64,000 bases of DNA from contig CM022679.1 in the NCBI GenBank assembly GCA_012295275.1, forward strand, positions 16,182,001 to 16,246,000. The letters are read 5' to 3'. The translations under genes were made by a program, and so were the position numbers. Below, piece after piece: positions 41,389 through 55,800 of this stretch. Numbering within the stretch: the stretch's first letter is position 1; each line of letters opens with the position of its first letter. Origin of the DNA: Chrysomallon squamiferum (Eukaryota > Animalia > Mollusca). Below the pieces are notes generated by a model. The model did not search any database. It was not told where the DNA came from and worked only from the letters and a program-made list of their open reading frames with translations.

Positions 41389-41928
41389 GTTACTTTCATT
41401 TATTTCTATTTATTTATTATTATTATTATTTCATATTGCTAACAATATTTTTTTATCTACGACTAACTAATCCCAACTAATAAAATAAATACAAAAATAA
41501 AATAATTAATAATAATAATAAATAGATATATGGAAAATTATGTGGGGGGTGAAAATTAAAAAACAAAAAAACAAAAAAACATTCGGCGTTCCCTTCCTTA
41601 CCTCCCTTTAACTTTCGTCGTTTTGTTTCTGCGGCAAAAGCCGTTTTTTTTTCTTCTTTCTCTCACTTTTCATTTTTCCATATGGTATTTGCATATGTGT
41701 GTTTGTGTGTGTGTGTGCGTGCGTGCATGCAGTTAAAATTACTACTACTGCTGCTACAATAATAAAATCAATAATAATAATAATAATAATAACAATAATA
41801 ATAATAATGTAGATAATAGATACATTTTTATCCTTTCTATTCTTTCTGTAGTCAATAAAATAATAAGTAACTAAATAAGACATGCTGTTAGATGACGTTT
41901 CTTTCAACTCATATTATTATTATTATTA

Positions 41929-42117
41929 TATCCCTGAACAGAACTATTTCTTCAATTTGATCACGTCAGTTTTGTCTTAAATCGAATGGAATCCCAGCTT
42001 TACCATTCTTAAAGCAAATGGCTTAATCACCTAGCCGTTGTTAAACGGGTTTTGGTGTCTCTGTTATTCGTTTTATTATGTTTATCTTTCTACTTCTTCT
42101 TTTTCTTCTTCCTCTTC

Positions 42118-42166
<49 letters not shown>

Positions 42167-42271
42167 TTCTTTCATTTATTTCTATTTTTTCGTTCTTTAC
42201 TTCATAATGTTTGTAATATTGTTTTATTTAGCAATAAACTAATTCCTCGCGCAGTTAAATACTGGAAAAGA

Positions 42272-42308
<37 letters not shown>

Positions 42309-42905
42309 ATAAACAGGTATATAAAATTATCAAAAATAATGACAATTAATTTCTGTACATTTTGTATTTATTAGCGGAGTTTTTCTTTTTTCTTTTTAGC
42401 ATTTTCTTTTCTTTATTTATTTCTATTTCTTTTTGTTTGTTTGGTTCTTATATATTTATTCTCTTTTATTTTTATTTTTATTTAATATAATAACAGTTTT
42501 ATAGCTAGTATTTTTAAATTAGTATTTTAAATGTTTTAACTATTTGTTGTTTTTTGTTGTTAATAAAAAATATTTCACGTATTTTCTTTTCGCTTTTACT
42601 TCATATTCTTCTTTTTATTATTTTTATCATCATCAGTTTATTTATTTATTTTTATTAATATTATTATATCTGGTTTCTTTTTCCTTAATTTTAATTTTTA
42701 TTTATTATTTATTTTGTTTTTTGTTGTTGTTATTATTAGTAGTATTAGTATTAGTATTGTTGTTGTTGTTGTTGTTGTATCCCTAAACAGAACTATTTCT
42801 GCAATTTGACCACATCAGTTTTGTCTTAAATCGAATGGGACCCCGGCTTTACCATTCTTAAAGCAAATGATTTAGTCACTTAGCTGCCGATAAACAGGTT
42901 CTGGG
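41929..42905. repeat. Pair of ~125-bp direct repeats (41929-42055 and 42779-42905), possibly tRNA-derived SINE heads in minus orientation
   Basis: atccct(g/a)aacagaactatttct..caatttga..cagttttgtcttaaatcgaatgg..gctttaccattcttaaagcaaatg is shared between the two copies. Confidence 0.75.
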
Positions 42906-43181
42906 GTTGTTGTTTGTTTCGGAGTTTCGTTTTTCATTGCTAATCAAAAGATCCACGGTTCTGAAAACAGTAGCGAGGAAAGGTGTGAAAGATCGACTGG
43001 ACGGGTTAATTGGGTCTTAATTAATCCGGTTAACACACACAAAGGACCGCTGAGTGGGTAGTGTTAAGAAAATCGGAGTTGTTAACTTTTAACGTTAAAA
43101 GATTTCCAGGTGGGCTAACTTCAGTCAATCTTGGAAGCATGAGATAATTGAAAATTAACGTCAGAAATAATATTTTTAATT

Positions 43182-43227
<46 letters not shown>

Positions 43228-43427
43228 GTTTTGGATTGGATTTTGATTATATATATATATTAAACGTTAATAATATCAAACTTTCTATTTATGTTCATTA
43301 ATGTAATTGTGTAATTAGTACTATTATTATTATATCGTTTGATGGAAACTATAGAAAATGTAATTCACATTTTGTTTGCGCTTTGACAGCAGTTTGTTGC
43401 AAATAATAAACCTAGCTGAAAATTTCT

Positions 43428-43533
<106 letters not shown>

Positions 43534-43549
43534 TTTCTAAAACCACAAG

Positions 43550-44110
43550 TCAGAGAATTCCAGTTTTCTACGTACTCAAGACATACTAAAGCTTGATATA
43601 CGATGGATAACGTTTCAACTTAGCGGGAAAGGTAACCTAACGGGTCACATGATCAGTCTGGGTTGGCGAGGTCGAATTTGCATGGCTCGTTCTGTTTGAG
43701 TGAAGTTGGTCTTGTGGATATATTCATCACCTTCTTGAATCATTACAACCACTTGAGGTAAAGCAATCTGCAACTGCACTTTATTCTGCTCGAGATCGTA
43801 TGTTATTTGCGACAGTGTGTTCAGTACTCTGCCGCACGTGAAATTGTTCCTATACTGTCTGTTTACTGTGTGTGTATTCAATATGGATGACCTAGCTATT
43901 GGTTTTATAGGGCAGGTGTAAGATTATGAGATTGCGTGCATCTGCGCACGTAATCATAGATTTCGACTTTTTTACTCTTTTGTTTTAAATATTGGAAAGT
44001 GTTAATGAACCGTTAATTAGATAACACGTCTGCACTCTGTCAAACGATTAACGGGAGGAGGGGAGTAACGGGTTTTATTTAGCACGTATTTCATGATCGG
44101 TCTTGAGTAA
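43550..44110 (+). promoter_or_regulatory. Putative TET promoter / non-coding first exon region
   Basis: CpG-containing, GC-richer island upstream of the first TET coding exon; donor-like CAGGT|GTAAGA at about 43917. Confidence 0.4.
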
Positions 44111-45147
44111 TGCTAAAAATAGATTCTGCTCCATTTCAGACAATGAACGTAAAATTTCTATATACTTCTGATGCGTGATTTAGTTTAATCTTTAGAAAAA
44201 TTATTGATCCATCATGACCTAGCACTTGTTAAACTCTTTTGTTTTATACATGTGTTAATAAAATGTCTGTAGCCAGTTAAGGAAGTGACTATTAAAGTTT
44301 CAGTTGCCAACACATTTAATTTTATTCTGCTGATCTCTGCACAGTAACGTGGAAGAGAATATATTAACTGTGGACATTTTAAAATTATTATTATTATTTA
44401 TTTGTTGGAGATGTTAGCTATAATGTTCCCACAAAGATGAAAATTAATAATAATAATAATAATAATAATAATCTCCTGCACAGATTAAAAAAAAAAGAAG
44501 AAAATTAATAATAATATATTATAGATCTTATATATTTTGTTTGATTTCTTCAGACCACCCACTCAACAGATTATAATAACATTGATAATTATTTTAAAAG
44601 TGCAGTACTCAAGGGTACAAAATCCACATAAATAATAATGAGCAAGAATAATATCCTCATTTTTATATACTGTACCTTAAATTTCATTTTCCAGTGTTAT
44701 TTACAATATTTAAATTAAAACAGTGTCTTTCTAATAAATGTACTTTTGTTATAACACTGATACAGATTTTTATGCGTATAAAGAAAAAAACACTATCAAA
44801 CAAAAAAACAAAAAATCTGTTCTAAGTTTTTAATTTTTTTTATTTATTTATATTTTTTCTCCGAACAAATCAAATGTTACCTCGATGGAAAACCCAGTTA
44901 TTTATAGAATCCTATTGATCGAGGTTTGTTGTAACATACGGTAGAGTGTGCTTACGCTAAAGAGGTTTAAGTCAAATTTATGATTACGACAAATTTTGTT
45001 ATGTTACAGCTGCGCATTCGATAAACATGCACAGTTCAAATATAACTTTAGTCTGTTGAATAGCATGGCAGTGTTGCAGTTTTCAGCGACTTGATGAATG
45101 GTCAAGATTAGAATTAACTTGCCAAATGTAAAATTTGATATTGCTGT

Positions 45148-45179
<32 letters not shown>

Positions 45180-46570
45180 TTACTACTACAACTATTGTTA
45201 TTGTCATTGCTAGTAGTAGTGTAGATTGTAGTTAAGTGTCCATATTTTAATCTTTGCTTAGCTTAAGTAAAACATTTTTAAATGTAAATTAGATTATATA
45301 GATTACCTCTGGTTTGTTATCATTTATTGTTCCTTTTGGTGAGTTTGACAGAATTACCAAAACAGGCTTTAAAAAAGTACAGTGCCTAATAATAATAAAT
45401 AGAATCCATTCAAACAAGCAAAATAAAGTATTGAATAATTTTGTTTATCTTGAGCTATGTTTTCAGAATGTTTCAAAAGTTTGTTGTAATGGGGAAATGT
45501 CATAATGGTACTGTGATGAATATTTGAGTGAGTTAGTATTTAAAGTGTTTATTGTTTTCATTCAGTTACATCCTCATTGCTTAGCATAGCTTCTAATTGT
45601 GTTTACTTCATGACTTGTGTGTCTGGGAAGTTGAATATTGTTTTGCTTACAAATAACAGTGTTTACTTTTTCTGTTATTGGTTATTTAATGTCAAACATT
45701 TTAAAAGTATTTCTGCCCTCAAGGAAATGTTGCTTTACATATTTTTCTTCACTAATTTAACGGGATATTTTATATTCATGATAGACAGCCTGGTGCATTG
45801 TTGTGGCTTTCGGTGAGCACTTGTAGATTTCTGTGTGGAATGGGAAATAATTTAATATGGTTTGTGATGAGGATTTATCCTGTGATTCATAATCAGTCCA
45901 ATACTCTAAGTCAGTGAGATGCAGTACATTCCCTGCAAGTGTTGCTATTATTGTTGTTCTTATTATTATTTATATCTATTATTATTATTTATATTATTGT
46001 TATAATTATTTATGTCATTACAGTTATTGTTGTTATTTATTATTATTATTTAAATTTTAGTTTGTATTTGTTATTTTGTAAGTTAATAGTATTGTATTCT
46101 GAATAGCTTTTGAATTTATTGTAATTTTTTCTCCATGTATGTAAAACCACACTTTAAAGCAGTAATCATTTAATAGTTTGATATTATTTTAAAACTAATC
46201 TGTGTTGAAAAGTGCATTGATTTGTTAATTTTACATACAAATTCTCTGAAATATTTTTCACTACTGCTTTAACTGTTAAAAATATAGTTGCTTACAAGCT
46301 CTTTTAATTCTTATTACTTTGGTACTGTTGTTGTTGTTATTACATCACATTAAATTACACATTTATGGAACAGATGCCTTTAACATTATATGTGGTACAT
46401 GTCAGAACATGCAGATTATGTTATTGAGAAATATATTTATATCTTGCAGACCAGTTTATTTAACATTATTTATACTTATTGCAATAACCAATACACTAAA
46501 TATTAATAAAATATTTTACTCACCAATGCATTTAATGTTATTTATTTCAGTGTATGATGGTCTGAAGGTG

Positions 46571-47236
46571 ATGGATCGAGAGAGAGGGCAGGTGGATACT
46601 GGGTGGGCCAGGCTTGGAGAAGTAGAAATGCAGAATGCAGCAAGAGTAAAAACATGCATGTCTGTGAACGGAGCCTCTGCCAAACCAGACCACACCAGAT
46701 ACGATTTGTCAGACCAGAATGTGATCGGAGGTAACAGGGAACAACCACAGCCACAAGGTCAGCACCAGAATGATCGGATTAGAGAATATCAAAATTCAGA
46801 GGTTTATTCTGGATATCAGAAATATGAAGAGAACAAGCCAGCAATGCGGCAAGGTCCACCAGGCCAAACAGAAACACAGCAGTGTCCAAGCAGAGAACAA
46901 CAGCAGTGTCCACGCAGTCAGGCAGAGGAACAGCGACTTGCAGATAGTCAGAAAACAGAACAACAACATCCACGCAGTCAGTCTTCTGACTGGCAGAGTC
47001 TGGGCAGTGAGGGTGACAGGCAACAGCGTCCTCGAGGTCAAATGTCTGACTGGCAGCATCTGATAAGCCACTCAGCTGCAATGAGTAGTGATGTTTCAAG
47101 TCCTGCTCCTCTGTCACTGTCCCCTGCAGACTGGCAGATGAAACGGAATAATGCTGGCCACATGGCAGTCAGCAGGAGTGACGTTGCTACTACATCTGTA
47201 ATGACAACATCGTCATCAATTTCACATCCAGAACAG
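46571..47236 (+). CDS. TET: Probable first coding exon of TET (Q/S-rich, low complexity)
   Basis: Acceptor at 46550; open frame with coding-like GC content; phase-0 donor CAG|GTAAAT at 47237 is compatible with the acceptor at 54557. Confidence 0.7.
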
Positions 47237-47242
47237 GTAAAT

Positions 47243-47275
<33 letters not shown>

Positions 47276-49776
47276 GTATTATTATTATTATTTGTTTTGT
47301 TTGTTTGTTTTCATATCTCCTTTATTTTGAAATGTACAGATATTTTATTCTGAGATATAGTGAATTAATTTCTTAGTGCTGAAAAGAAATGTAGGTTAAA
47401 CTGATGACTTCAGAATTGTTTCAAACATAAGTAGACTGTATAAAAAATCAGGAGGTTAAAGGTTTGTAGTTTTTTCTGTAAAATAATGATAACTAAACAA
47501 GACTGCAGCTGACTTGGAATCTTTTTGATATTTTTATATAAATTTGTGATTATAACTAAATGTACAATGGTTTGTTGCTGGTTCAGTTTTAGTGAAATAT
47601 ATCCACGTGGTACATTTAAATGATTTTAAAAATAGTAAATTTAAGATAACTGCAGTTGTCTGTTGAATACTGTGTTCAAATAGCACTTCATCAACAAGAA
47701 CATTACTTTCCAGGAACAAATAGACTTGACTAGTTGCAGAATTGTTTTGAACAGTGAATAACCTCATTGTGTATTTAAATCTCAAAACACTGTTGTTGTT
47801 TTATGTAATACGTGATATAACATTATAGTTTAAAGACAAAACAAAGACATCTTTGTTAAAAATCATTCTGATAGACACAACATACTTGCTGTGATTTTAC
47901 TCATAGATGATAAACGTAACATGTAAATGTGAGTGAAATACTGAAACAGTTGTTCTATCTATTATTTAATGTTTTAACAGTGTAAGAGGATAAATAACAG
48001 CTGTATGTTCTCACATACTGGTTGTTATCATATTATTATCATAGGAAATAAATAACCATAAATATATTAAATTAAAAAAAAAAAAAAAAACAACGATCTT
48101 ATGCTAAGGGTGTAAAACTGCCTGAATAGTCATTTTAAGAATACATACATAATTCAGTCTTGTCAGTCTGTAACAACATGCACTTTCATGATAACGTCTT
48201 TGATGATTCTCTTTTGCTCTGACATAGTTGTACTACTGATTTTAATCTGCTACTGTAATAAATACCAGATGGTAGGTCATGATATGTGTCACAAAATCCA
48301 AAGCCGTCTGTGAATTCTTTGGCATGTGAACCTGCTATTTTTAACCCCCTTTATGAAACCGAGCTGTCATTGAAAATAGCATTAAGTCTGCTGACCTGGT
48401 TTGTTTTGAGGACAAGAGCATGCCAGTGTTACATGCTTCATGTGTTTTGTACTGTATAAAGTGTCGTTCATGTTGGCAAATAAAACTCTCTGATCATATT
48501 GTATATTTACAATACAGGGTACAGAGCTGGAAAACTGAGGTTGTTTATGCAGCATGTGTGAAAAGTATTGTTATAGAAATGTATTCCTGTGTGAAATATC
48601 AGTGTCGTAGAAATATGGTTTTGTGTCAACTATCACTGTTACAAGTAGAAACATGTTCTTGTATGAAATGGCAGTGTTGTAGAGATATGTTGTTTGTGTA
48701 ATATTAGTATTGTAGAAACATGGTCTTGTATGAAAAATCAGTGTTTTAGAGATATGGTCGTGTATGAAATATCAGTGTTTTAGAGATATGGTCTGGTATG
48801 AAATATCAGTGTTTTAGAGATATGGTCTGGTGTGAAATATCAGTGTTTTAGAGATATGGTCTGGTATGAAATATCAGTGTTTTAGAAATATGGTCTGGTG
48901 TTAAATATCAGTGTTACAAGCTTAAGTAAGTTTTTGTGCGAAGTATCAATGTTTTGGCGAAATAATATTGTGTGAAATATCAGTGTTGTACAAATCTCAG
49001 ATCTTAAATATTCAGTTAATACATTTTGTTTTCATTTTTTCATTTTTTTTTTAATGTTTCAATTCACATTTCTATAATCAAGTGTGAAAAAGCTAACAGC
49101 TTTACAAGAACAATAAAAACTTAATCATGGACTATAAGTATTCTGAAATTAAAGGTGTATGTTGTGAAATTAAGAATTAGATTCAGTGCCATGGTTAATA
49201 AACAGACAAGTATCAAATAATTATAATGTAAAACAGTTGTAAATAATTAAAATGCTTGAAAACATTCAAACAGTTTAAAACTGTTACATAAGTGTATGAA
49301 ACCATCTTTAAAGTTTGGTGCAGGTAATTGTGTCTGTTCATGTGTGTGTATGAATCATAATGAAAGAATTCTTTTATGTAAGCAAATAGCTTTTGTAATG
49401 GATTCTCCATCACCCTTCCATCAAATGTGTATCACCATTGATGTACCTTGATTACAGACACTTTACAAAATAGTCCTTTATGTTTTTTAGTGTTAACAAC
49501 AGTAGCCAACAGTTTGAGGTGTTATAAGCTGCAGATTAATTATCTGTGTTTAGAATGTTACCTTGAGGATCTGGGTTGTTGACTAGATTGCATGAGTGGT
49601 CAGCTGGGTCAGTGTACCTGTCAGTTGTATTTGTATGGCACTGAACAGAGAGATGAGAGTTCCTGTGTTGAGTCAGTGTGTGTGTGTGTGTGTGTGTGTG
49701 CGTTAAGCAGTATCTGCGTATGTTTGAGTGTGCACTTGTATTTTTGAGTTTCTTTATGTTAGGTGTTTACTTGTAT

Positions 49777-49809
<33 letters not shown>

Positions 49810-52800
49810 TTGAATGTATATGATTCTCTGTGTGTGGATGTGTGTGTTTAAGATGTATCTAACATAAATGTATATGCATAACTATATGTGTGTGCAAGCA
49901 TAATTTTATATCCCTTATAAGTCTCTCGGCATATAAAATATATTTTTTAAAACTGTTTAGAATGTTTATCAAAATGCGTTCAAATATGTCTTTGTTATTT
50001 TACAAATTGTAATGTTATTAATTCTGGGGAGGTCTGCATGATGTTATTGTTTTTTTTCTTGTCACCATAGCAACATGTTAATTCTAAATATGTACTACTT
50101 TCTTACTCTTGCCTTTTTGTTTTGTTGAGATTTTGAATTTATTATTTTTAATGGTTTTTAAATCAATACATCATTTTAAAAAGAATTGTCATGTAACATT
50201 ATTTGAATTATTTTTAACATCATACTGAATTAAAAATCACAATGATGACAATATTTAAATTCTTCTTTTTTTTTATATATATAATGTAACAATTTTGATT
50301 TATATAAATATTAATGAACCAAAACAGCAACAAAAATATAAAAGCCAGAAAAATACCACTTAATATCATAATAAATATTTCACATTAGAAAAATACATGA
50401 GTAACAAGCCACAATGAGTAACAGTTCAGTGCTGAAATGATGTGTTATAAAAGTTTGACTTTCATAAATGTGACTGAATAAGAACAGCAACAAAAAAAAA
50501 ATCCAATCCAATCCAGCAGTTATTGTTTATTTGCAGTATACACAAGCACAAAATCATAGCAAATTCTAATACAACAGTAATTTTGAATTACTTAAATATC
50601 AGAACAACAATCTAAATCTGTAAAATCATGAACAATATGACACAACTTTATCATAATTATTTTTTTCTCGGCAGTGTACTTAAGCTCATAGATGATGATT
50701 TGTTTTGTAAAACTACAGTCTTGTCTTATGTAAATGTTCCTGAATCAAGATTGCAACAAAAATGAATAATTCAGTGCAATATCATGTAACATTAGAATGT
50801 TCTATTACATCAGCAGTATAACAGGAATGACACTTTGTACAGATTCATGGCTCCATAATGATATGATGATATTTCAGTTTTTAGTAAAACCACAACCTTG
50901 ACTTACAAAAATAATGGAATAACGATTGCGACTAAAATGATAATGTAACATTATCAAAATTCTTTTTGGTTAGTAACGTAATACGAACAACCCAAAGCAC
51001 AGTTCCAAAAGGAATCGCTGATCATTATTTATTTCAGTCAGAGAGCGACACCTTGACTCAAAAACTTTAAATGAACCAGAATAGCGACAGAATAATTTGA
51101 ATGACATAGCGTGTGACATATAACGATATCACTGATGCTTTTATTTTTTGATAGACTACATGGATTTGTAAGAATGGTAGTTTCGTAATAACCTGACACA
51201 AAATTTGTTCGTGGTATCAGAACGAAATTGCCAATGTTTTCCATCGACACCTCGTGGAAGAAAGACTCGGTGGTCATGTGATTTCAGAGTGAGGCAGCTG
51301 AAACGGGGGATTTCCCAGAAGTCTGCACTTTTACTTCAGTGACTGCTGAACTTGGCTGACCTACTTAACGGTGTAATTCAACAATGCAGATGAGACTGGG
51401 ATGCGTGGGTTGTGTTGTGACTGGACACTGTGTGTTTGTTTATCTTTAGTGCTGCGCCATTTTATTGCTGGCAGTGGCGGCTTGCTGGTACTGGACAAAG
51501 TTTAACTTCTGTATGTTTATAAATTGTCATTTAAAAACTCGTGCCAAAGCACGTTATTATGAGTACTTAAAATAATATTTCTACGTAACAAAATGAATTG
51601 CAACATTTTTATATTACATCCTGTATGGATATCTGTTAATAATTTTTAAAATTTTATAGTAACTTATCTCATAAAAACATATATTTGTTCCTTAATACTA
51701 TTAATGCCAGGTAAAATTAAAATTTTCCTTGTTAAACAGGATCATTTGAATACAAGCATAAATATTTTGTATCAAAGAGTCATTTATTCGGGTTAATTGA
51801 GACAAAATGTTCAAATGCACATTGAGTCACTGATTGACATGTTTTCTACCAAAAATTGTTTTTGTTGAAATTATGATAATTTGATAATATCCAGGTTTTC
51901 GTAAAATTTCAAGCTGCAAAAAAATTTAGTTTTTCTAATGAAAGTGTTGTCATATAGGAAGTAAATAGCAGATTTTGGTATGCATTAACTAAAATATTTC
52001 TTCATGGAAAGATTTTAGTTCCAGAATTCAGCATGCAAAAATCATTTCTTTAATGACACAATCTTGTAAAAAAAAAAAAAAAAGATTTAATTTAATATTT
52101 AAAATATATAAATTTTCCTAAAAAAGTTTTAAAATTAAATTAGTTATTTTTACTATTTTTGATAAGTTAATAATATTAAAATTTAAATATTCCATATTTT
52201 TTGAAAAATGACTCAAATGAATTTAAAGTCATCACAGTACAAAACCCTGTTTATTCTAACTGTTATACATGATTAGACAAAGAATGACAAATAATCTGTT
52301 TCAAGGAGAAAAAAAAGAAAGGCTGAGAAAAGAAAGAAAGGCCAATAGTCTTTACACACTCATTGTTCTCTTCTTTGTTAGACAAAGTGTATGAAATAGT
52401 GAAAAAGCAATTGATCTGTGTGTGCATGCATGGAAGCACGTTTCAAACTCAGCCAGGTTGTGTGAGTTGGGCCGGCCTCGACTCAATCAATAGAGCTAGC
52501 ACTGTGATGGCTCTCGCTCTGTGTGCAGCCCTGGATACATTGATCCACAGCTACTTTTTCGACCTAGATTACAGACTTGAAACTATACCAAGTCTGTATA
52601 TGTATATATATATATGTTGTGTGTGAGTGAACTCTGACCAACTGGGAGATGATACATGCAGGTAGAGTTGATAGCAGTGACTTATATCTATAGTTAAAAC
52701 TCAGTCATTGTGTAGAGCAAGTCTGAACAGATTAGCAGTGGTGAGATCTTCATGTCTGATTTCTATAGCTATAACTGACCCCGTCAATGAAATATGTTAA

Positions 52801-55800
52801 TAGGGATTTTTTTGTTTGGTTTTGTCTTTTTTCATCCATCACTGTTGCAGATAAATTCTTCACAGTGGTTTATTTGAAGTTTATTCATTGTGAATTCTTA
52901 ATGTGAGAACAAGAAACAGTAAGTAATCAGACTTGGCATTTTTTGTCTATTCTTTTGTTTGTCAGTCCAGTTAGTTTTATGCTAATGAGGTGATAATTAA
53001 ACAAGATGTTTTTGTGGGCTTTTGATTGAACAATAATGATAAAAACATTATTTTTAGAAATCTAATTATAATCAGTTTAGATTAAAGCTCTTAATAGATT
53101 ATCAACCATTAACCAGTAGTTTGTTTATACTTATCAATCTACTCTGTTTTTCTCTGTCATTTGTCTTATTTACTTTTGGGTTTTGTTTGACCTTCACTGT
53201 TATTGTTTAAGTTATTTACAGTAGTAGAGCTTAAAATAAAGGATTTATTGTATATTTTGTCATAGTAATAAGAATATTGAACACTGTTATAAATCCCAGT
53301 TTTAAAATACGAACACACTGATACCACGTGCATTTGTTTACATCGAGATGTTATATATAGACTGCGTGGGATATATGTGCAGAATGCGGCTGTGTCTCAT
53401 TGCGCATTCATAAACCTCTGCCGCCAGTTGTAGCTTCAAGATTATCAATGAAAACAGAACAGTAGAATTCGCTTTGTCTTTTTTAAGCAGAGATATGATG
53501 AAGCATATTAATTTGTGACTACTTAGATTTGATCATAAACTAAATTATGGTTGGTTAGTTGGGATTGTTTTTAAGATAATTTTAAATTACGTTTCTATTA
53601 CAAAAAATGCTTTCATTTAACTATTTTTAGTTTTCACATCATATATGTGTATATATTTTTCGTGTAACCATTCTTTATTTCTGTCGGCATTTTGTGTTAA
53701 AAAAAATATAATTGTATGTTCTTCATAATTAAAGTTTTGAAAATACATTTCATGCCAGATTTAATTTACATTGTTATGTTAGTGATTTATGTTGACAGTG
53801 ATTTTGAAAACTAATTTTTTATATCATCTAATAAGTTATTAACAAGAACTGTCTCTAAATACATTAGTAAGTTGATAGTTACTTTTAAGAATATATGTTT
53901 TTAAATATATTACTATTTAATGTTGATAGTTATTTTCATAACCAACTTTTTATGTTCTGTCTTATGTTTAGCTTTTAACAAAACCTGATTTGTATTTACA
54001 TTGCTGTGTTACAACTGAATGTTGACAGTTACTTTCAAAACAAGGCTTTTGACCTTATAATTTTGTTTGACAGGGAGGTTAACCTGGCTACTGTATTTTG
54101 TAGTTTGACAGTGACCAGAACACAGTTATCTCTGTCTGCAGGACAAAATAACTGATTATGTTGTTGCTTATCTTAATTCATAAATAGTGTCACGTTTTCT
54201 TTTGCTTTTTCTTAAGAAAGAAAACGTTTTGCAAAAATTATTTGCAACATAAATCTCTAGTTAAATATATAAAAATGCTGTCAAATTATTTTTACTTGAA
54301 GCAGTTGTATATGTTAGGTTTTTATTATTTATGATATTGTTATTACTATTATTTTTACTATTACTGCTGCTATTACTACTGCTGCTGCAGTTAAAACTAC
54401 TATTACTTCTACGACAACTATTTCCTTTACTACTACTATTACTGTTACTACTAACATTTTTTCAGCTAAAAATAATAATCTACTACAGTATCTGTAATTC
54501 TAAATTAATTCTCATAAATAATCAGTATTAATTATTCAGAAAATATAATTATTGCAGGTTTCACGATGTTACTCTGTTGTTGATCTTATGAGGCGACCTC
54601 CTTTTCCTGTACCAGGGTCAATGAACAGCATGCAGAGTTTAAACTCAAACCCCCAAGGAATGTATTCCATACCAAAACTCATGGATAATATGTTAAGAAC
54701 TTCAACTCAGGGTAACAGTCCATCAGTATCCTTACCACAGTTAGATTATCATCATCAACACCCACCTCTGTACCTAGAACAACAGCATCCATCTCTTTCA
54801 GTGTCACAACAACTGCAGCAACAGTACCCTTCAGTATCCATACCCCAACAGCATCAGCATCCATCTGTTTCTTTGTCCCAAGATCAGCAACATCAGCACC
54901 CATCTGTTTCTATGTCACAACAACAACAGTATCAGCACCCATCTGTTTTGTTGTCACAACAGCAGCAGTTTGTTTCAGTGGCACAACAACAACAACAGGA
55001 GCTGTCTGTTTTAATGTCTCAACAACAGCAGCATCAGCATCCATCTGTTTCTGATTCACAACAATATCATTTCAATAAGCATCAGCATCATTCTGTAATA
55101 ATGTCAAAGGAAAATGATTTCATGCAAAGTTATTCATTAATGCAAAAAGACTTGGTTTCTGATTTGAAAAGTGAACCTGAAAGGTCAAGAAATTCTGAAT
55201 TCTTGCATTTGGAACAATTAAATAATGCACGTAAAGAACTAGACTTCTCAGAAAACCTCAGTTTCTTACAGAATGGCCTACCATCCAGTGAGCTCTCGCA
55301 GAAAGGTGATTCTGGTGTGTTTGGACAAACCTCTGTTATGTCAACATTACCTTCTTTCTACAGTCAAACCAGAGATGTTATGGCAAAGGGTAGAAATGAA
55401 GGGATTTGTCAGATGTTTTCCCATCAGTCACATACCCCAGTTCAGCACCAGGAATATGAAAATTTCAGGAAAGATCAACAGTCTGAAAATCACAGTCAAA
55501 AGCAACCTGATCAGCTCTTATATAATCATTCCAACAAAGAGCTCGTTCAGAACCACATGATGCCAGGGTTTTTTCCTTCCTTTGGATCTGCCACTGTGCA
55601 GTCAGGTGTGAGTTCAGGTATTGAGAAAACAAACACAAGGACACTTTTCTCACAAACTGTGCCAAGCACTCTTTCATCAACATCTCCAGCGTCAAATATG
55701 TTTGCTCGTAAGCTTCCAAATGACTTTAATAGTTTAGGATCTTCTGGGAAAATGTCACCACAAGAACGTCAAGGAAATCAATTTAACAGAGATCCCATTA

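Noticed and set aside
43883-43917. ATG GAT GAC... as a coding first exon of TET
   Set aside because: Both candidate donors (phase 0 and phase 2) give immediate stops when joined to acceptor 46550, which needs phase 1; at most a uORF
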